Of a stretch of 64,000 bases of DNA, positions 29,885-44,815 are shown in pieces. Within the stretch, counting starts at the first letter, position 1. Each line of letters starts with the position of its first letter. The notes below the pieces were generated by a model. The model was not told the DNA's origin and ran no database searches. It was given only the letters and a program-made list of their open reading frames with translations. The stretch is from the NCBI RefSeq assembly GCF_009914755.1, contig NC_060928.1. One strand, written 5' to 3'. The position numbers and the translations under genes were made by a program. The stretch comes from the human T2T-CHM13v2.0 reference genome, Homo sapiens.

Positions 29885-30413
29885 CAGGGCGCCCCAACCC
29901 CCAGGGCCATGGACCAGTACCGGTCCATGGCCTGGTAGGAACTGGGCTGCACAGCAGGAGGTGAGTGGCAGGTGAGCAAGTGAAGCTTCATCTGTATTTA
30001 CAGCTGCTCCCCATTGCTCACATTACTGCCTGAGCTCCGCCTCCTGTCAGATCAGTGGTGGCATTAGATTCTTATAGGAGTGTGAGCCCTACTGTGAACT
30101 GGGCATGCAAGGGATCTAGGTCATGTGCTTCTTATGAAAATCTAATGCCTGATGATCTGTCATTGTCTCCCATCACCCCCAGATGGAACCATGTAGTTGC
30201 AGGAAAACAAGTGCAAGGCTTCTACTGATTCTACATTATGGTGAGTTGTATAATTATTTCATTATATATTACAATGTAATAATAATAGAAATAAAGTGCA
30301 TAAAAAATGTAGTGCACTTAAATCATCCCAAAACCATCCCCACTGCCCTGGTCCGTGGAAAAATTGTCTTCCATGAAACTGGCCCCTGGTGGCAAAAGGG
30401 TTGGGGACCACTG
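29885..30413 (+). mobile_element. MER1A hAT-Charlie DNA transposon, full length
   Basis: TIRs CAGGGCGCCCCAACC / GGTTGGGGACCACTG, 529 bp; 8-bp TSD ATCTAAAC/ATGTAAAC. Confidence 0.93.
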
Positions 30414-30700
30414 ATGTAAACTTGTCAAATGAGATTGAAGGAAGGAGTATTTCACTGAACAAAGTTGGGATGTTGTTTCCATGAAAGAGTGAAGGATTCT
30501 GGCTAGTCTATCACAATAGGTAGTAGGTAATCATTTATTGATAGATTAATCTGGATCATTTAAATTTGGGCTATCATTTGGATTTATCAAACCCTCAGCA
30601 GAATCTGTTGAGAAGATAAAGCATCACATTCACCTTCATTCAGTCAATATGGACTAAGAATGCCTGAGAAAGCAGGTCTGTTCAGAAGCTTTAGTATTAA

Positions 30701-31181
<481 letters not shown>

Positions 31182-32132
31182 TCTTGTTTCTCTTTAATCA
31201 ATTATCTAGATAAGTGTTACCTCTTTAGCTAGTCTTTTGGGGCAGAATCTGGTTTACTCTTCTTTGTGCAGCAGCCTTCGGGACCTTGTTCATTGTGGTG
31301 TCCAACCATGCCATTGAATGAAGATAGAAAGTAGAGGTCTCTAGATTCCCTGCTTTAAATGGGTAGCAAGCAGCACAGTGCAAGGCTGGGGACAGGACAT
31401 GACATTTCTTCTAATAAGTTCCACCATTTTTGATAGTTTGCTGTAGGGTAAATGAGCTCTCCTTTGCTCTTCCTTCAGGCCAATTGCCTTGGAAAGAAAG
31501 ACATTTATTTCTGACCTTAAGGCGTCATTACCCGGAGCTGACAGGGCTTGTGGGAACAACCTAGCTTCTCTCCTTTGTGCAGCAATCTCTGAGGTTCCAA
31601 TTTCCCATTCACTGGTTAAATCCCAACTCTGGGTTAACTGCACCTATTAATTTGTAGACAAAAATAACAGTTAAGTAGCAGGAAGGGAACATGCCCTTAA
31701 GGGAATACCCAATGCTGTGCTGGAATCTCACCAGGACCACCTGCATCCATTTGAAAACATTTTTTACCAGCACAGGAAGAATTTTCTGCAAACGTCTGTG
31801 TTTGTGAAGCTTGTTTACCTCAGCTGGAAATTGCAGCAGATCGCAATTTGAAGACTGTTTACTTTTTTTCCCCTAAATCATACTCAGTGTAATTATTGGG
31901 ATCCAGATTTTGCTGTTGTTGTTTGAAAATGGTGAGAAGGAAACTTGGATTGGATTCAGGCTTCTGAGACCTGGATTAAATAGGATAGGTGTGATTCCAA
32001 ATAATTTTTGGAAGGCGAGAACTCACCTGGAACAGTTCCATGATTTGAGTCCCTCAGGGTGAAGTATTTTCCTCCTGCTTTGGGAGGGCTACTCCTACTC
32101 CAAGTACAGTGTCTTGTTAAGAATGATGACCC

Positions 32133-32437
<305 letters not shown>

Positions 32438-32611
32438 TTATGTTTATATGGCTCCACTTAGTAAGTTACAATGGTCTATAGATATTTCAGGGAGAATTTG
32501 TAAAAGGTTTGGTGAAAAATTTCTGTTTTTTGGCCTTTGTCTTGGTCCTGCAACTGAAAAAATATTTCAGTGTCCCAGGATACCATCTTTCCTGAGAATT
32601 CCAGGGAATCC

Positions 32612-32919
32612 TTTTCTTTGTTGAGACAGAGTTTTGCTCTGTCACCCAGGCTGCAGTACAGTGGTGGGATCATGGCTTACTGCAGCCTTGAACTTCTGGA
32701 CTCAAGCAATCTCCTGCCTCAGCCTCTCAAGTAGCTGGGACTACAGGTGCACATCACCACACTTGGCTACTTTTTTTTTATCTATTTTTTTTTTTTTTTT
32801 GTAGAGACAGTGTCTTGTTATTTTGCCCAGACTAGCCTTGAATTCCTTGCCTCAAGCAATCCCTCAACCTAGGCCTCCCGAAGAGTCGGGATTATAGGCA
32901 TGAGCCACCTCACCTGGCC
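32612..32919 (-). mobile_element. AluJ
   Basis: ACTGCAGCCTTGAACTTCTGGACTCAAGCAAT (J-type), highly diverged. Confidence 0.93.
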
Positions 32920-33466
32920 TCAAAATTTTATAGTACCTGAAAGGAGGGTGGGGGTGGGATGGCTTGCACCTTTGTACCATGATGCCGGAAGTTGCAGTAG
33001 GTCTGGAATTAAAGTCACAGAATGCTAGACTTGGGCTGGACCTTGGAGAGCTTCTTCAGTATTCGTGTACTGTAGACATTAAAAATAGTTTTAAAATGTT
33101 TTCTTTGCACGTAGTGCTGACATAGAAGGATGGTATGTGGCCCAGATAAAGTCACCTGGTGTACCTATAAGAAGCACAAAAGAAGTTTGCCACAGTTCAA
33201 GGACTAAACTTCAAACTTACAATCTTAGTAGCTTCCCTTTTGAGACTACAGAGAAAAGAGTCATTCTTTTTACCCATGTGGATTCATAAGTGTGATAACA
33301 AAAGTCTTGCTTACAAAATATTTTATTTACTCCCATGTATTTACCATTGCTCTTGCAATAAGGCAGGGCCATGTGACTAGTTTTTGCTGGCGGACTCTGA
33401 ATAGAAGTTTTGTGTTTCTCTTCTGGGTTAAGGGATAGAAGAATTGGTGTGAGATTTCTATGTGCT

Positions 33467-33824
33467 TTCTGCGTGGGTGTGACTGGCTGGGCCCACCATT
33501 GCAGATGGTCAAAGAATTTACCAGTACAGTTGTAGGTAAGGAAAAGCAGATTTGTTAGAGAAAATACAAAGATATGTTGCAAGGGTGCATGGCAGAGAAG
33601 GGGCTGTTTGCCAAGAGACAGGGGCTGGAGGGAAGTTTTATAGGGTAGTATTGGAGGGGCTATGTGCAGGTAAGTTCGTGCCATTAGGACTATGTGCAGA
33701 AAGAGGTATTTGGGAACAGGATGTTGTGCCAGCGGGTTGTCTGTGATTAGCCTCAGAACAATTGTTCTCCCCTACCTGGGGCCCCTTCATTGTCGTTGCT
33801 TACTTGTTTTATTAGGACTCCACA
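33467..33824 (-). mobile_element. ERV1 solo LTR (MER83-like) nested in an old MLT1 LTR
   Basis: Minus strand begins TGTGGAGTCCTAAT...GGGGAGAACAATTGTTC...ACAACCCGCTGGCACAAC; MLT1-like sequence on both sides (~33330-34015). Confidence 0.75.
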
Positions 33825-34140
33825 CACTCTTTTGCTGCTGCCACCAAACATGCTGTGTGTTCCACATAACACATCTACAACATGGTATAATTTCAGTTCT
33901 TGAGTGACTGTGTGGATCACAATCTACTAGCAACCCTTGCGGGCATGTAGCATGTCCAGACACTTAGATTTGGGGTTATCACTGTGGTATAACTTAATCT
34001 AGTTTGCTAATACACCAAGTGTATGAATGGCTTTAAAGAAATAGAATGTCAACTTAAAAACGTACAATGGTAACATATCTAATTAAGGGCTAGACACTTG
34101 AGTCCTTAGGTCAGTGCAATCTTTTCCTTAAAGGAGACCA

Positions 34141-34911
34141 TGCATTAGTTTCCTACAATAAATTGCCATAGAAATTTTGGCTTGGATCAACAGCATTTTT
34201 TATCTCATAATTTTGGAGGCCAGAACTCCAAACTGAAGATGTTGGCAGGATCACACTCCTTCCAAAGGCCCTAAGGGAGATCCTTCTTTTTCTCTTCCAG
34301 CTTCTGTTGGCTCTGAAATTTCTTGGTTTATCACAGCATAACTCCAACCTCTGCCTCTGTCTTTACATGGCCTTTTTTTTTCTGCGTCTCTCTGTCTCAA
34401 ATTTTCCACTCCATCCTATTATATTATAAAGATATCAGTCATTGGAGTTAGGGACCATCCTAAATCAAGGATTATCTCACCTCGAGATTTGTAATTTATT
34501 TATTTTTATTTTTTATTTTTTGAGACCGAGTCTTGCTGTGTCCCCCAGGCTGGAGTGCAGTGGCATGATCTTGGCTCACTGCAACCTTCGCCTCCCAGGT
34601 TCAGGTGATTCTGCTGCCTGAGCCTCCCAAGTTGTTGGGATTACAGGCACCCACCAACATGCCTGGATAATTTTTGTATTTTTAGTAGAGATAAGATTTC
34701 ACCATGTTGGCCAAGCTGGTCTCAAACTCCTGACCTCAGGTGATCCACCTGTGTTGGCCTCCCAAAGTGATGGGATTATAGGTGTGAGCCATCGTGCCTG
34801 GCCTTTATTTACATCTACAAAGACCCTATTTCCAAATAAGGTCATGTCCACAGGTACCAGGTGTTAGAATTTGCAAATATCTCCTTGGGAGATACAACTC
34901 AACTCACTACA
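34141..34911 (-). mobile_element. MLT1C/D-like MaLR LTR split by an Alu
   Basis: TGCATTAGTTTCCTA...GGAGGCCAGAACTCCAAA; resumes TACATCTACAAAGACCCTATTTCCAAATAAGGTCA...CTCACTACA. Confidence 0.85.
34503..34803 (-). mobile_element. AluS (Sx-like)
   Basis: Full dimer; TSD TTTATTTA. Confidence 0.95.
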
Positions 34912-34996
34912 GATGACATGGGAAAGAAATCACAATAAAAAGACCATTCGGCATGGAATCTGAATTAAGGGAGTTAATTACATGAATTATTCTATT

Positions 34997-35301
34997 CTTT
35001 TTTTTTTTTTTTTTTTTTTTGAGACAGAGTCTTGCTCTGTCATCCAGGCTAGAGTGCAGTGGCGTGATATTGGCTCAATGCAAGCTCCGCCTCCTGGGTT
35101 CACACCATTCCCCCCGCCCAGCCTCCAAGTAGCTGGGACTACAGGCGCCCGCCACCACGCCCAGCTAATTTTTTTGTATTTTTAGTAGAGATGGGGTTTC
35201 ACCGTATTCGCTAGGATGGTCTCGATCTCCTGACCTTGTGATCTGCCCGCCTCAGCCTCCCAAAGTGCTAGGATTACAGGCTTGAGCCACTGCACCTGGC
35301 C
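34997..35301 (-). mobile_element. AluY
   Basis: GCAAGCTCCGCCTCC...CACACCATTC, AGGATGGTCTCGATCTCC; TSD GAATTATTCTATT (34984-34996, 35302-35314). Confidence 0.96.
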
Positions 35302-35756
35302 GAATTATTCTATTTCCTTAAGATAAATTTGCCTATCTCTTTTCTGATTTCTTTTTTATTGGTGTTAAGGTTCTAACTCCAATCTTATTTTCCTTATTTC
35401 TAAATTATCTGATAATGTCTCACCAGGAACCCAGGCACCAGTAATACCAAGAATTTGCCTCAATAGTGAGGCAAACTACTTTAACCTTACACCTGCTTCC
35501 TTTTGTGCCTAGCCATTTTCTACTGTGTAGATTGAATGGGAACATTTTTTCCTATCCTGAAAAGCTTGCAATTCTTAGAAGAATCTTAATAAGGTGTTAA
35601 TAAGGTATTAATATATGCGAGAAACACTGTAGAACACCTCCCTTATTTCTTATTTGCATATTATCTGTTGTTACCTGAGAGTTTTAACAATTTGTAAGAT
35701 AACTTTTTGCCTTTTTCTCTTTATTGCTATGATGATTTCTTCCTTATTTCCTATGG

Positions 35757-36072
35757 TTTCTTTCTTTCTTTCCTTCTTTCTTTTTTTTATGAGACAGAGT
35801 CTTCCTCTGTCACCTAGGCTAGAGTACAGTGGCTTGATCTCAGCTCATTGCAACCTCTGCTCCCTGGGCTAAAGCCATCCTCCCGCCTCAGCCTCCCAAG
35901 TAGCTGGGAGGACAGGTATGTACCATCAAACCTGACTAATTTTTGTATTTTTTGTAGAGACAAGGTTTTGCCATGTTTGCCCAGGTTGGTTTCAAACTCC
36001 TGAGCTCAAATGATCTGCTTGCCTCGGCCCCCAAAGTGCTGGGATTACAGTCTTGAGCCACCACGCCTGGCC
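35757..36072 (-). mobile_element. AluJ (Jb-like)
   Basis: CTGGGCTAAAGCCATCCTCCC, CCTGAGCTCAAATGAT; (CTTT)n tail. Confidence 0.93.
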
Positions 36073-36480
36073 CCTACAGTCTTTTTGATATGGTTGCCTC
36101 TGATGTATAAACATGCCAATTGTTTTTTCCTACTTCATGCAATGTGAGAGCAAAAGTTAAGAGCAGAAGTGTGGACTAGATAATGGAACTCTTGTCTTGT
36201 ATTTTATATTCATTATGAGAGTGCTTGCATTTTAACTCCTGGATATTTGTTCGTAGAGTGAAACCACGTGTCCTTTTTCTTAATCTATGAAATTATGATT
36301 AATTTCTATATTGGACATATAACTTAGCCAGAAGAAGATAAACTTGTAATGGATTCTATTTGGTTTTGCAGCCCAATAGCCTTTCTCAATTTTCCTCAGA
36401 AGCTGGAGAGTGAGGTGGCTCAGGTAGCTGCCTGGTGTCAGCAGTTATGGCCTGATTATGTTGAAGAAAGTGATCACATT

Positions 36481-36794
<314 letters not shown>

Positions 36795-38538
36795 TTATCA
36801 CCACGGCATTCCCAACATATCCATGTCACAACAGAGGATGAATATAGATATCATGTGAACAAGTGTAAGTTTTCTTAAAGATGACCAACGTTTTGGCTGA
36901 AAGTAGAATAGGAGTGATGGAAAAGGCCTAGAGCTACTTAGAACAGTGGATTAATCATTAGTCTGCAAAGTTGGCATTATTCTCCTCCATGATTGCTGTA
37001 GCTGCATTCTCACACAGACCAAATGAATGCTTCTTGGCCCAGCTGACAGGAAAGAATGGCCTGTTTCTTATTTGCTCACTCTGGATTGTCGTTATGATTA
37101 TTATGCAATTCAAATTGGGGCTGCTAAATACATCTGTGGATCATGCCAGTGGACTTCCCACACTCATGACAGAGATTGCTAATTGATCATTGCATTCTTT
37201 CCCACTGAGCCTGGACCAGCCTCAGTCTCTTTTTCCCTCACAGCTTCACTTGCCAAGCCATGGTCAATGAGTTAAGGTATATTAAAATTCTAGTGGGTAG
37301 ACTTTTGTAAGACAATTTATGTGTATAGGTGGGGAGATGGAGGGATGACTCAACCAAATAGGTCTTTACAGAATTCAGTGAAAGCAGGTAAAAGCAGGAG
37401 TAGTTATCCTTCATGAGCTCTCAGGGAATGCCAGTTACCACTGCCATGAACACATTGCAGCAACTGGCTATGTGACTTGGATCTGAAATTGAGGAGGAAG
37501 ACCCTAGATGAGAGGTGGGAACTGTGAAAGAGGTTGGAACTTGTTCTTGTACTACTTCCTAGGGTCAGGATGACAAGAAGGTACCCGAAGGTCACTTTTG
37601 AGAGATAGGAAGGGATCCAGGCAATGGTCCTTGCTAGAGGACTTGGGTGCAGTAGCCTGAGGATGAGGAATTTGGGGGGTCATTTTTAGTTGTGATTTAC
37701 TGATATGCTTAGGATCACAGACCTGTGCTTTGGAAACCAAACTATTTTTACACCATTGCATTTCTGTAATTATTTCCTTTTTCTTTCAGATGTTAATAAA
37801 GCACTTTATAAAAATGTCAGGCTGTCTCAGGAAAGAAGTGTTTGTTCATTCTCAGGTCACACTTTTAAAGGGAGAGCAACAGAGCCCTCTTCTGTGGGAG
37901 TAGAGCAAAAGTGAGAAAACTTCAAGGAAAAAGAAAAATAAATCCTGTCTTGGATATTGAGAAAGTTTGTTTTTGTAATTTCACCTTGTACTTGCTTTTT
38001 GTTTCAGGAATTATCACACCAAACATATATGGGGGAAGATCAGATTTTGTGCGATTCAAGTGTTCTTTTTGGGAGAAGAAAGGAAAGTAACAAAGGCTTG
38101 CTTCCTTCCCGGGGGGTAATAGTGGGAAGACAACCGCTAACCAACCAAGTCTCTGAGGCCCAGTGGCCTCTTCTTGGGACCTTATCTTTGTCTGCAGGAA
38201 ACTTCAATGGTGGAAAGTGGTAGGTAGGGTAAACAATCTTCTCCTATCTGGGTGGAGTCTCAGTCTGAAATACTAGATGGAGATAGAAAACACCTGGAAA
38301 ACATGCTGCCACCTTGATATTCTGTGTCCTGAGTAGGCACTGCTAATTAGTCCTTGGTACTTTCTCACTGACCTTAGACCAAGCTTCATAGTTCTTATCA
38401 TAGCACTTAGCACAGCCACCATCAACCAATGAGATTTGATATTTGGGGGAAATGTAATTCCATTCCTGAAACAGACTGCTTCTCTCTTAGTTTCCATAAG
38501 GACAGCAACCAGATCTTGCCCTGATTTTTGTCTGTCAT

Positions 38539-38900
38539 TGTATTAGTCCATTCTCATGCTGCTGATAAAGACATACCTGAGATGGTGTAATTTATAAAGA
38601 AAAAGAAGTTTAATGGACCCATGGTTCCATGTGGATGGGGAGGCCTCACAATCATGGTGTAAGGCGAAAGGCACATCTTACATGGTGGCAGGCAAGAGAG
38701 AATGAGAGCCAAGCAAAAGGGGAAACCCCTTATAAAACCATCAGATCTTCTGAGACTTATTCATTACCATGAGAACAGTATGGGGGAAACCACTCCCATG
38801 ATTCAATTATCTCCCACCAGTCTCCTCCCATAACATGTGGGAATTATGGAAGCAACAATTTAAGATGAGATTTGGGTGGGAACACAGCCAAACCGAATCA
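38539..38900 (-). mobile_element. THE1B-type MaLR solo LTR
   Basis: TGTATTAGTCCATTCTCATGCTGCTGATAAAGAC...CACAGCCAAACCGAATCA; TSD GTCAT (38534-38538, 38901-38905). Confidence 0.95.
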
Positions 38901-39133
38901 GTCATAGAGCATATCTCAGCATTTGCCCTGACATGGCACTCAATTAATCATGAATGGCACTGAACTCAGGGGGGATTCTGAGGATGACTTTCTTGTTGCT
39001 TGCTCAAGACAATTGCAACCAGCTCCCAGATGACTGTGAGACTGTCCCCCCGATCCTGAGAATCTAATTTTGGAAAAGGGACTTTACCGTTGCCCATCGT
39101 GTCTATACTATACTACTCTGAGGTTCACAGTTA

Positions 39134-39530
<397 letters not shown>

Positions 39531-40437
39531 CTACTGCCGAGATAATGGACTTGTCTACTTTTTGTCCCAAGTGCTAAGCTGAAGATGAGTCATATATTAT
39601 GGTGGTCTGTAAAGATCATTTATGTGTTGGATCACTAAGTCTTTGACCAGCTCTTGAACTTATGATACTGGTAGCCAAATATCTTGTTTCCCCTGAGGGC
39701 AAAATGAGAAGAAAATGAATTCACTGCAATGAGAGGTACTTAAGTTAAACTAAGTCAGAATTCCTTGTTAGGGAGAGTGGATGAAAACTGGAAAGGGTTA
39801 CTGAGTGAAGTTCAGATTTCTATTTTTTGAAACAATTTTTAAGTATATTCTAGCCAGAAGGCCAGAAGAGACTAAACAACCTCTCTAAGTCCCACCAATC
39901 CTGGAGACACAATCTTTCTGGGAAAGCAAGAAACCCTGGAGGGCAATGACTGTTCTGAGCAATTACTTACACCATAGGGCATTGTTATCCCATGACCAAT
40001 GGCTAAATGGCAACAGAGTAAGGACTCTCAGGGGCATCTTGATAAATATAAGTAAAATCTTAAAGGTCAGGGAGTTATATGCATTAAATGTGGTCTCCTG
40101 GAGATGGGTGAGTGTACTTACAGCACTGCTAATATTTTATCAAGAATTAAGGACCCATTAGCATTTCTATTTGCAAGAGTAGGTTTGCCTAGATCCTGGT
40201 ACACAAATGTGGTTCTCCTTGGCTAAAATCATGTGTTTCTGTGTGTGTGCGTGCATGCACATTTATTGGTCTTTTATTTTCCTTTCTCATTCTTAGCCTC
40301 AATTTATTAGAATCATTTGTCAAAATATAGCCACTGATCTTTTCTTAATTGACTGTGATTCCTTAAGTGAGAAATCTTATTAAAGGTCAAAGATTGACTG
40401 GAAGAAGGAATTGTAATTTTAGTTTATTAATCTCTCA

Positions 40438-40789
<352 letters not shown>

Positions 40790-40935
40790 AAAAAATCATA
40801 TATAGGGGAGACTGTCCAGCTGTTCATCAAACCCAGTTCCTCTTCTTTGTTAGCATACAGTTAGACCCTGTTTAGTTGAGCGTGGCTATATTACTGAGTG
40901 CTAGCCAACAAAATGTCAGTAGAAGTGGTATACAC

Positions 40936-41119
40936 TAGTGCTATTCAATCTGTGGTTCCCAGATAGTAGGCTCAGCATCACCCAGGAGCTTGTTAGAAAT
41001 GCAGACTCTTGAGTCCTGGCCCAGGCCTAGAGAACAGACATTTCTGGGGGTTGGGTTGAGGAATCTGCATGCTTGCTTCCCTGGTCATTCTAATGCATGT
41101 CACAGTTTGAGAAGCACTG
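40936..41119. mobile_element. MER5A MITE nested in an old MLT1 LTR
   Basis: TAGTGCTATTCAA...GGAGCTTGTTAGAAATGCAGACTC...TTTGAGAAGCACTG; degenerate 8-bp TSD GTATACAC/ATATATAC. Confidence 0.85.
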
Positions 41120-41629
41120 ATATATACTGTCTCCAGACCTCCCCCTTAAAGATATTTCCCACATGTGATATTTAAGGTTCTTTCCCCTCTCTTGGCTTGA
41201 GGCTGATGGATTGCTACATGGCCACTCGCAGAAGAGTTGCTCATCAATTAGGAACACTATTTTATACTTCACAAGAATGAAAAATAAACATATCTTGTGT
41301 AAAGTCACTGAGATTACAGGCCTTTTTTTTTTTTTTTAGAGTAGCTTGTGTTGCTCTATTAAAATGGTGAGTGGGAAAATGACTCATTCAGGAAACTTGA
41401 GTGAATTACTTTTAAGGAACACTGTTGTGGGTTGCATTTTAAGCCAGTTACTTAGAATTTACTCATTGTACTTTCTTCTTTTCCCCTCTATTGAGGAAAA
41501 TTAAAACGTTAAAACATATAATCGTGATGATAGGTTTTTCTATTTCTTCTTTTAGTTCTGTTAAATCTTGAATAACTGATTGATCATATCAGCATGCAGG
41601 AGTTCATGCAGCACGTTGGATGTTGGGGA

Positions 41630-41800
41630 AGGAGAACTACTGGGCTGATCAGTGTCTGAATCCTGGTTTTGTCACTTTCTAGATGTGTGACGTTGGCCAA
41701 AGAGCATAGCCTCCCTTAGTCTTGGATTCCCGTTCCTAGAATTCAATGGAGTGAACAAGACAGTTATAGTCCTAGATCCTACACTACTGTCTAGGTGAGA
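41630..41800 (+). mobile_element. MIR SINE fragment
   Basis: CTGAATCCTGGTTTTGTCACTTTCTAGATGTGTGACGTTGGCCAA. Confidence 0.6.
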
Positions 41801-42390
41801 AAGAGAGGAAAAAAGAACCCACCAATAATTCATTAATGATACATTAATTTTATTGCTGAGAGAAAGGTTGCTGAGAGAGCACACTCATGGAAGGGGATAT
41901 ATATTTTAGGGGAAGTGGTCAAGGATGTCCTCTTTGAAGGGACCTTAAAGGTATGAAGGAGCCAGTTGTGATGATGATGATAGGATTGGTTATTGTGGTG
42001 AGGTGGCAGAAAGTAGAAGGGGGTAGAACATCCTTTCTCTTCATAGCTTGCTGAGGTACTTCATTTTGTAAGATCCAGATGTTGATGAAGGGATTCACTG
42101 TGGAATGCCGCAAGAGAAGCCTAACTTTCTAGTGTAGCAGTGGGTAACTGAATCTTCCTTGCAAGTGATTTCTGGAAAACAAGGAGTTGTAAGAAGGGAA
42201 AACATAGAATGGAAAACTTCCACAAGAAGTGAAGAAAGAAATGGAGAGAAACAAGTCACTTATTTTCAATGTATTAATAAACGAAGTACCTTTGGGAAAC
42301 AAATCATAATCCCATGTAGAATGTCATTGAACCCCTGTTTTCCTTGAGGCATTTCCCCTTATCTTATTCTTTTCTTTTTCTCTTTACCAG

Positions 42391-44815
42391 GTATTAAAAC
42401 CTCCAGCTATGATTATAGATTTGTCTATTTCTTCTTTTAGTTTTGTCAAATTTTGTTCAACGTATTCTGAAGTCTGTCATTAGGTAAATACACATTTAGG
42501 GTTATTATATATACATTTTTGAAAGAGTTTTTTTATGATTACTAAAGGTCTCTATTTCTGGTATTTTTTTTGTCTTGAATATTCTTTGTTTTATATTAAT
42601 AGAGCCACGTTACCTCTCTTGTTCTTTGTGTTTGGATGGCATATTTTTTCTCACACTCTTACTTTTTGCCTATACCTGCCTTTGTATTTGAAGTATGTTT
42701 CTTGTCAACAGCATATAATTGAATTTACTTTTGTGTCCAGCTGTACAATTTTTATACTTTACATGGAGTGTTTAATACACTTACATTTAATACAGTCTTT
42801 GATACAATTCTATTTATCACATCTATTTTTGGTTCTTCTGTTCTCCTTTCCTGCCATCTTTTGGGTTAAACAGGTATTTTTAAATTTTCCATTTTATCTT
42901 CCCTATCGACTTTTTGTAATTTTTTTTTTTTTTTGGTGGTTGCTCTTGATTACAACATGCAGCTTTAATTTATCACAGGCTACCTTCAAATGATAGTATC
43001 CCATTTAATGAACAATGTAAAAATCTTACAATGTTATAATTCCATTTATAGCCTCTGAATCTTTTCTTGTCTATCTTGAATCATATATTTGACTTCTATA
43101 TATTTAAAAAATTCCATGAAACAAAGTTACTGATTTTGGTTTACAAAATTAATAGTTTAAAAAAATGGAAACACACACACACACACACGGTATTTTGTAT
43201 TTATACACATATTTATAACACTTTTTCTGATATTCATCATTTCTTGCAAATCCACACTTCCATCTTTTATCTTTATCTATAATCCTAAAGAACTTCTTTT
43301 AGCATTTCTTTGATGCAAATCTGTTGGATTTTCTTGAACCTCTGGAATATATCTTTAATCATGTTTGGAAAACTTGTAGTCATTATATTTTCAAATATTT
43401 CTTCTGCCCTTATCTTTTCCATTTCTTTCTTCTTACATTCTGGGACCCCATTTACTTGTTATTAGACCATTTGAATGTGTCTCACAGATCTCGGGTACTT
43501 TTTTCCACTTTTCATCCTTTTTATGTCTTTTTATTTCAACTTGAATAATTTTTATTGAATAATTTCAGACTTATTCATTATTTTTTTCTGTTGTGTATAC
43601 TTGGCTGTTAAGACCTAAAATAAATTATTTATTTCTGATATTGTAGTTTTCATTTCTAGCATCTCTACTTGTTTTTTCTTTATAGCTTTCATTTTTGGGC
43701 TGATATGCCTCATCTGCTCATGGATTTATTAATCTTTTATCAGAGTTATTTTATAATCTTTTTTGTTAATTCTGAGATCTGGGGCATCTGTGGCTATGGT
43801 TCCAACTACTATTCTTTTGAGTATGGGTCATATTTCCTTACATCATCATAAGTCTCACAGTTTTTGATTGTCTGCTCATCATGTGTGTAAACAATAGTAT
43901 ATATTGAAGTAAATGATAATTCCCTCCGGAAAAGACCACACCTCCTTCTTTCAGGTCAATAGTGCGTGAGACTGAGTTGATTTAATCTTCAGTTGAGCTG
44001 TCTGGGCTTGTTGCAGTTTTAGTTAGATCCACTCCATTCTGGTTTCAAATATTTTGAGCATAATATCAAGACTTTCCTTTCCACAGAGCAGGACTCTGGG
44101 AATCTTTTCTATGCTTTATAGCTTAGCTTGCTTAGCTACTGCTTTCTGAATTGTGGGGAGCTTCTCTTTGTTTTACGACTTGGCTGCCAACTTTTTGGGT
44201 CACTTGGAGTTCTCTTTGCTTTCCAGCACTGCCCTCTGGCTTTATGCATCCGGAAAAATATAAATATCTCTCTACCTTGCTGTTCTGTACCCAACCTTTA
44301 CCGGACAGTTGCAGTACACATGGGGAAGGCCTGGGACCCTGTCTGAAGCTTTTTCGTTGCATTTCATGGAGGCTTATTGTACCAATGAGAGATTTCTCTC
44401 ATGTCTCTTGCTCTGCTCTGAGCCTTTGGTGCACTACCTCCATGCACTCAGAGAAGGCCCTTGAGAAAGTTTTGGCATGTGGGTGCAGACTCATTGTATC
44501 ACTGGGAACTTTAGTATTTTAATCCACAATATTGGCCCATCTATAACCATTAATAGTTCATAGAAAGTTCAGCTAGTCTCCTTATTTTCGTCTTTTGCCA
44601 ATTCCTCCCCTTCTCATTGTTCCCCCAGGGATGAAGGCAGCTGTGGTGTCTTCTAGGGCTTGGCATTTTATGAAATTTAGTTTATTTAGGTGTTTTTTCA
44701 TCTTCAGCTCTTAGGTCTTTTTAAACTATGATTTTGTAGCTTATCTGACCTGTTCTTTTTGTTGCATATTGGCAGGATACCCTGTTGGAACTTTCTACTC
44801 CATAACAAGAAGCAG
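42391..44815 (-). mobile_element. Old L1M (ME/MD-like) remnant, ORF2 start to 5' region
   Basis: T-rich; CTCCAGCTATGATTATAGATTTGTCTATTTC...TTAGGTAAATACACATTTAGG is antisense L1 endonuclease sequence; right boundary approximate. Confidence 0.8.

Noticed and set aside
29905-29932. Perfect 11-bp hairpin GGCCATGGACC-N6-GGTCCATGGCC
   Set aside because: Internal palindrome characteristic of MER1 elements; not locus-specific.
42535-42993. 152-aa hydrophobic ORF
   Set aside because: Artefact of T-rich antisense L1.
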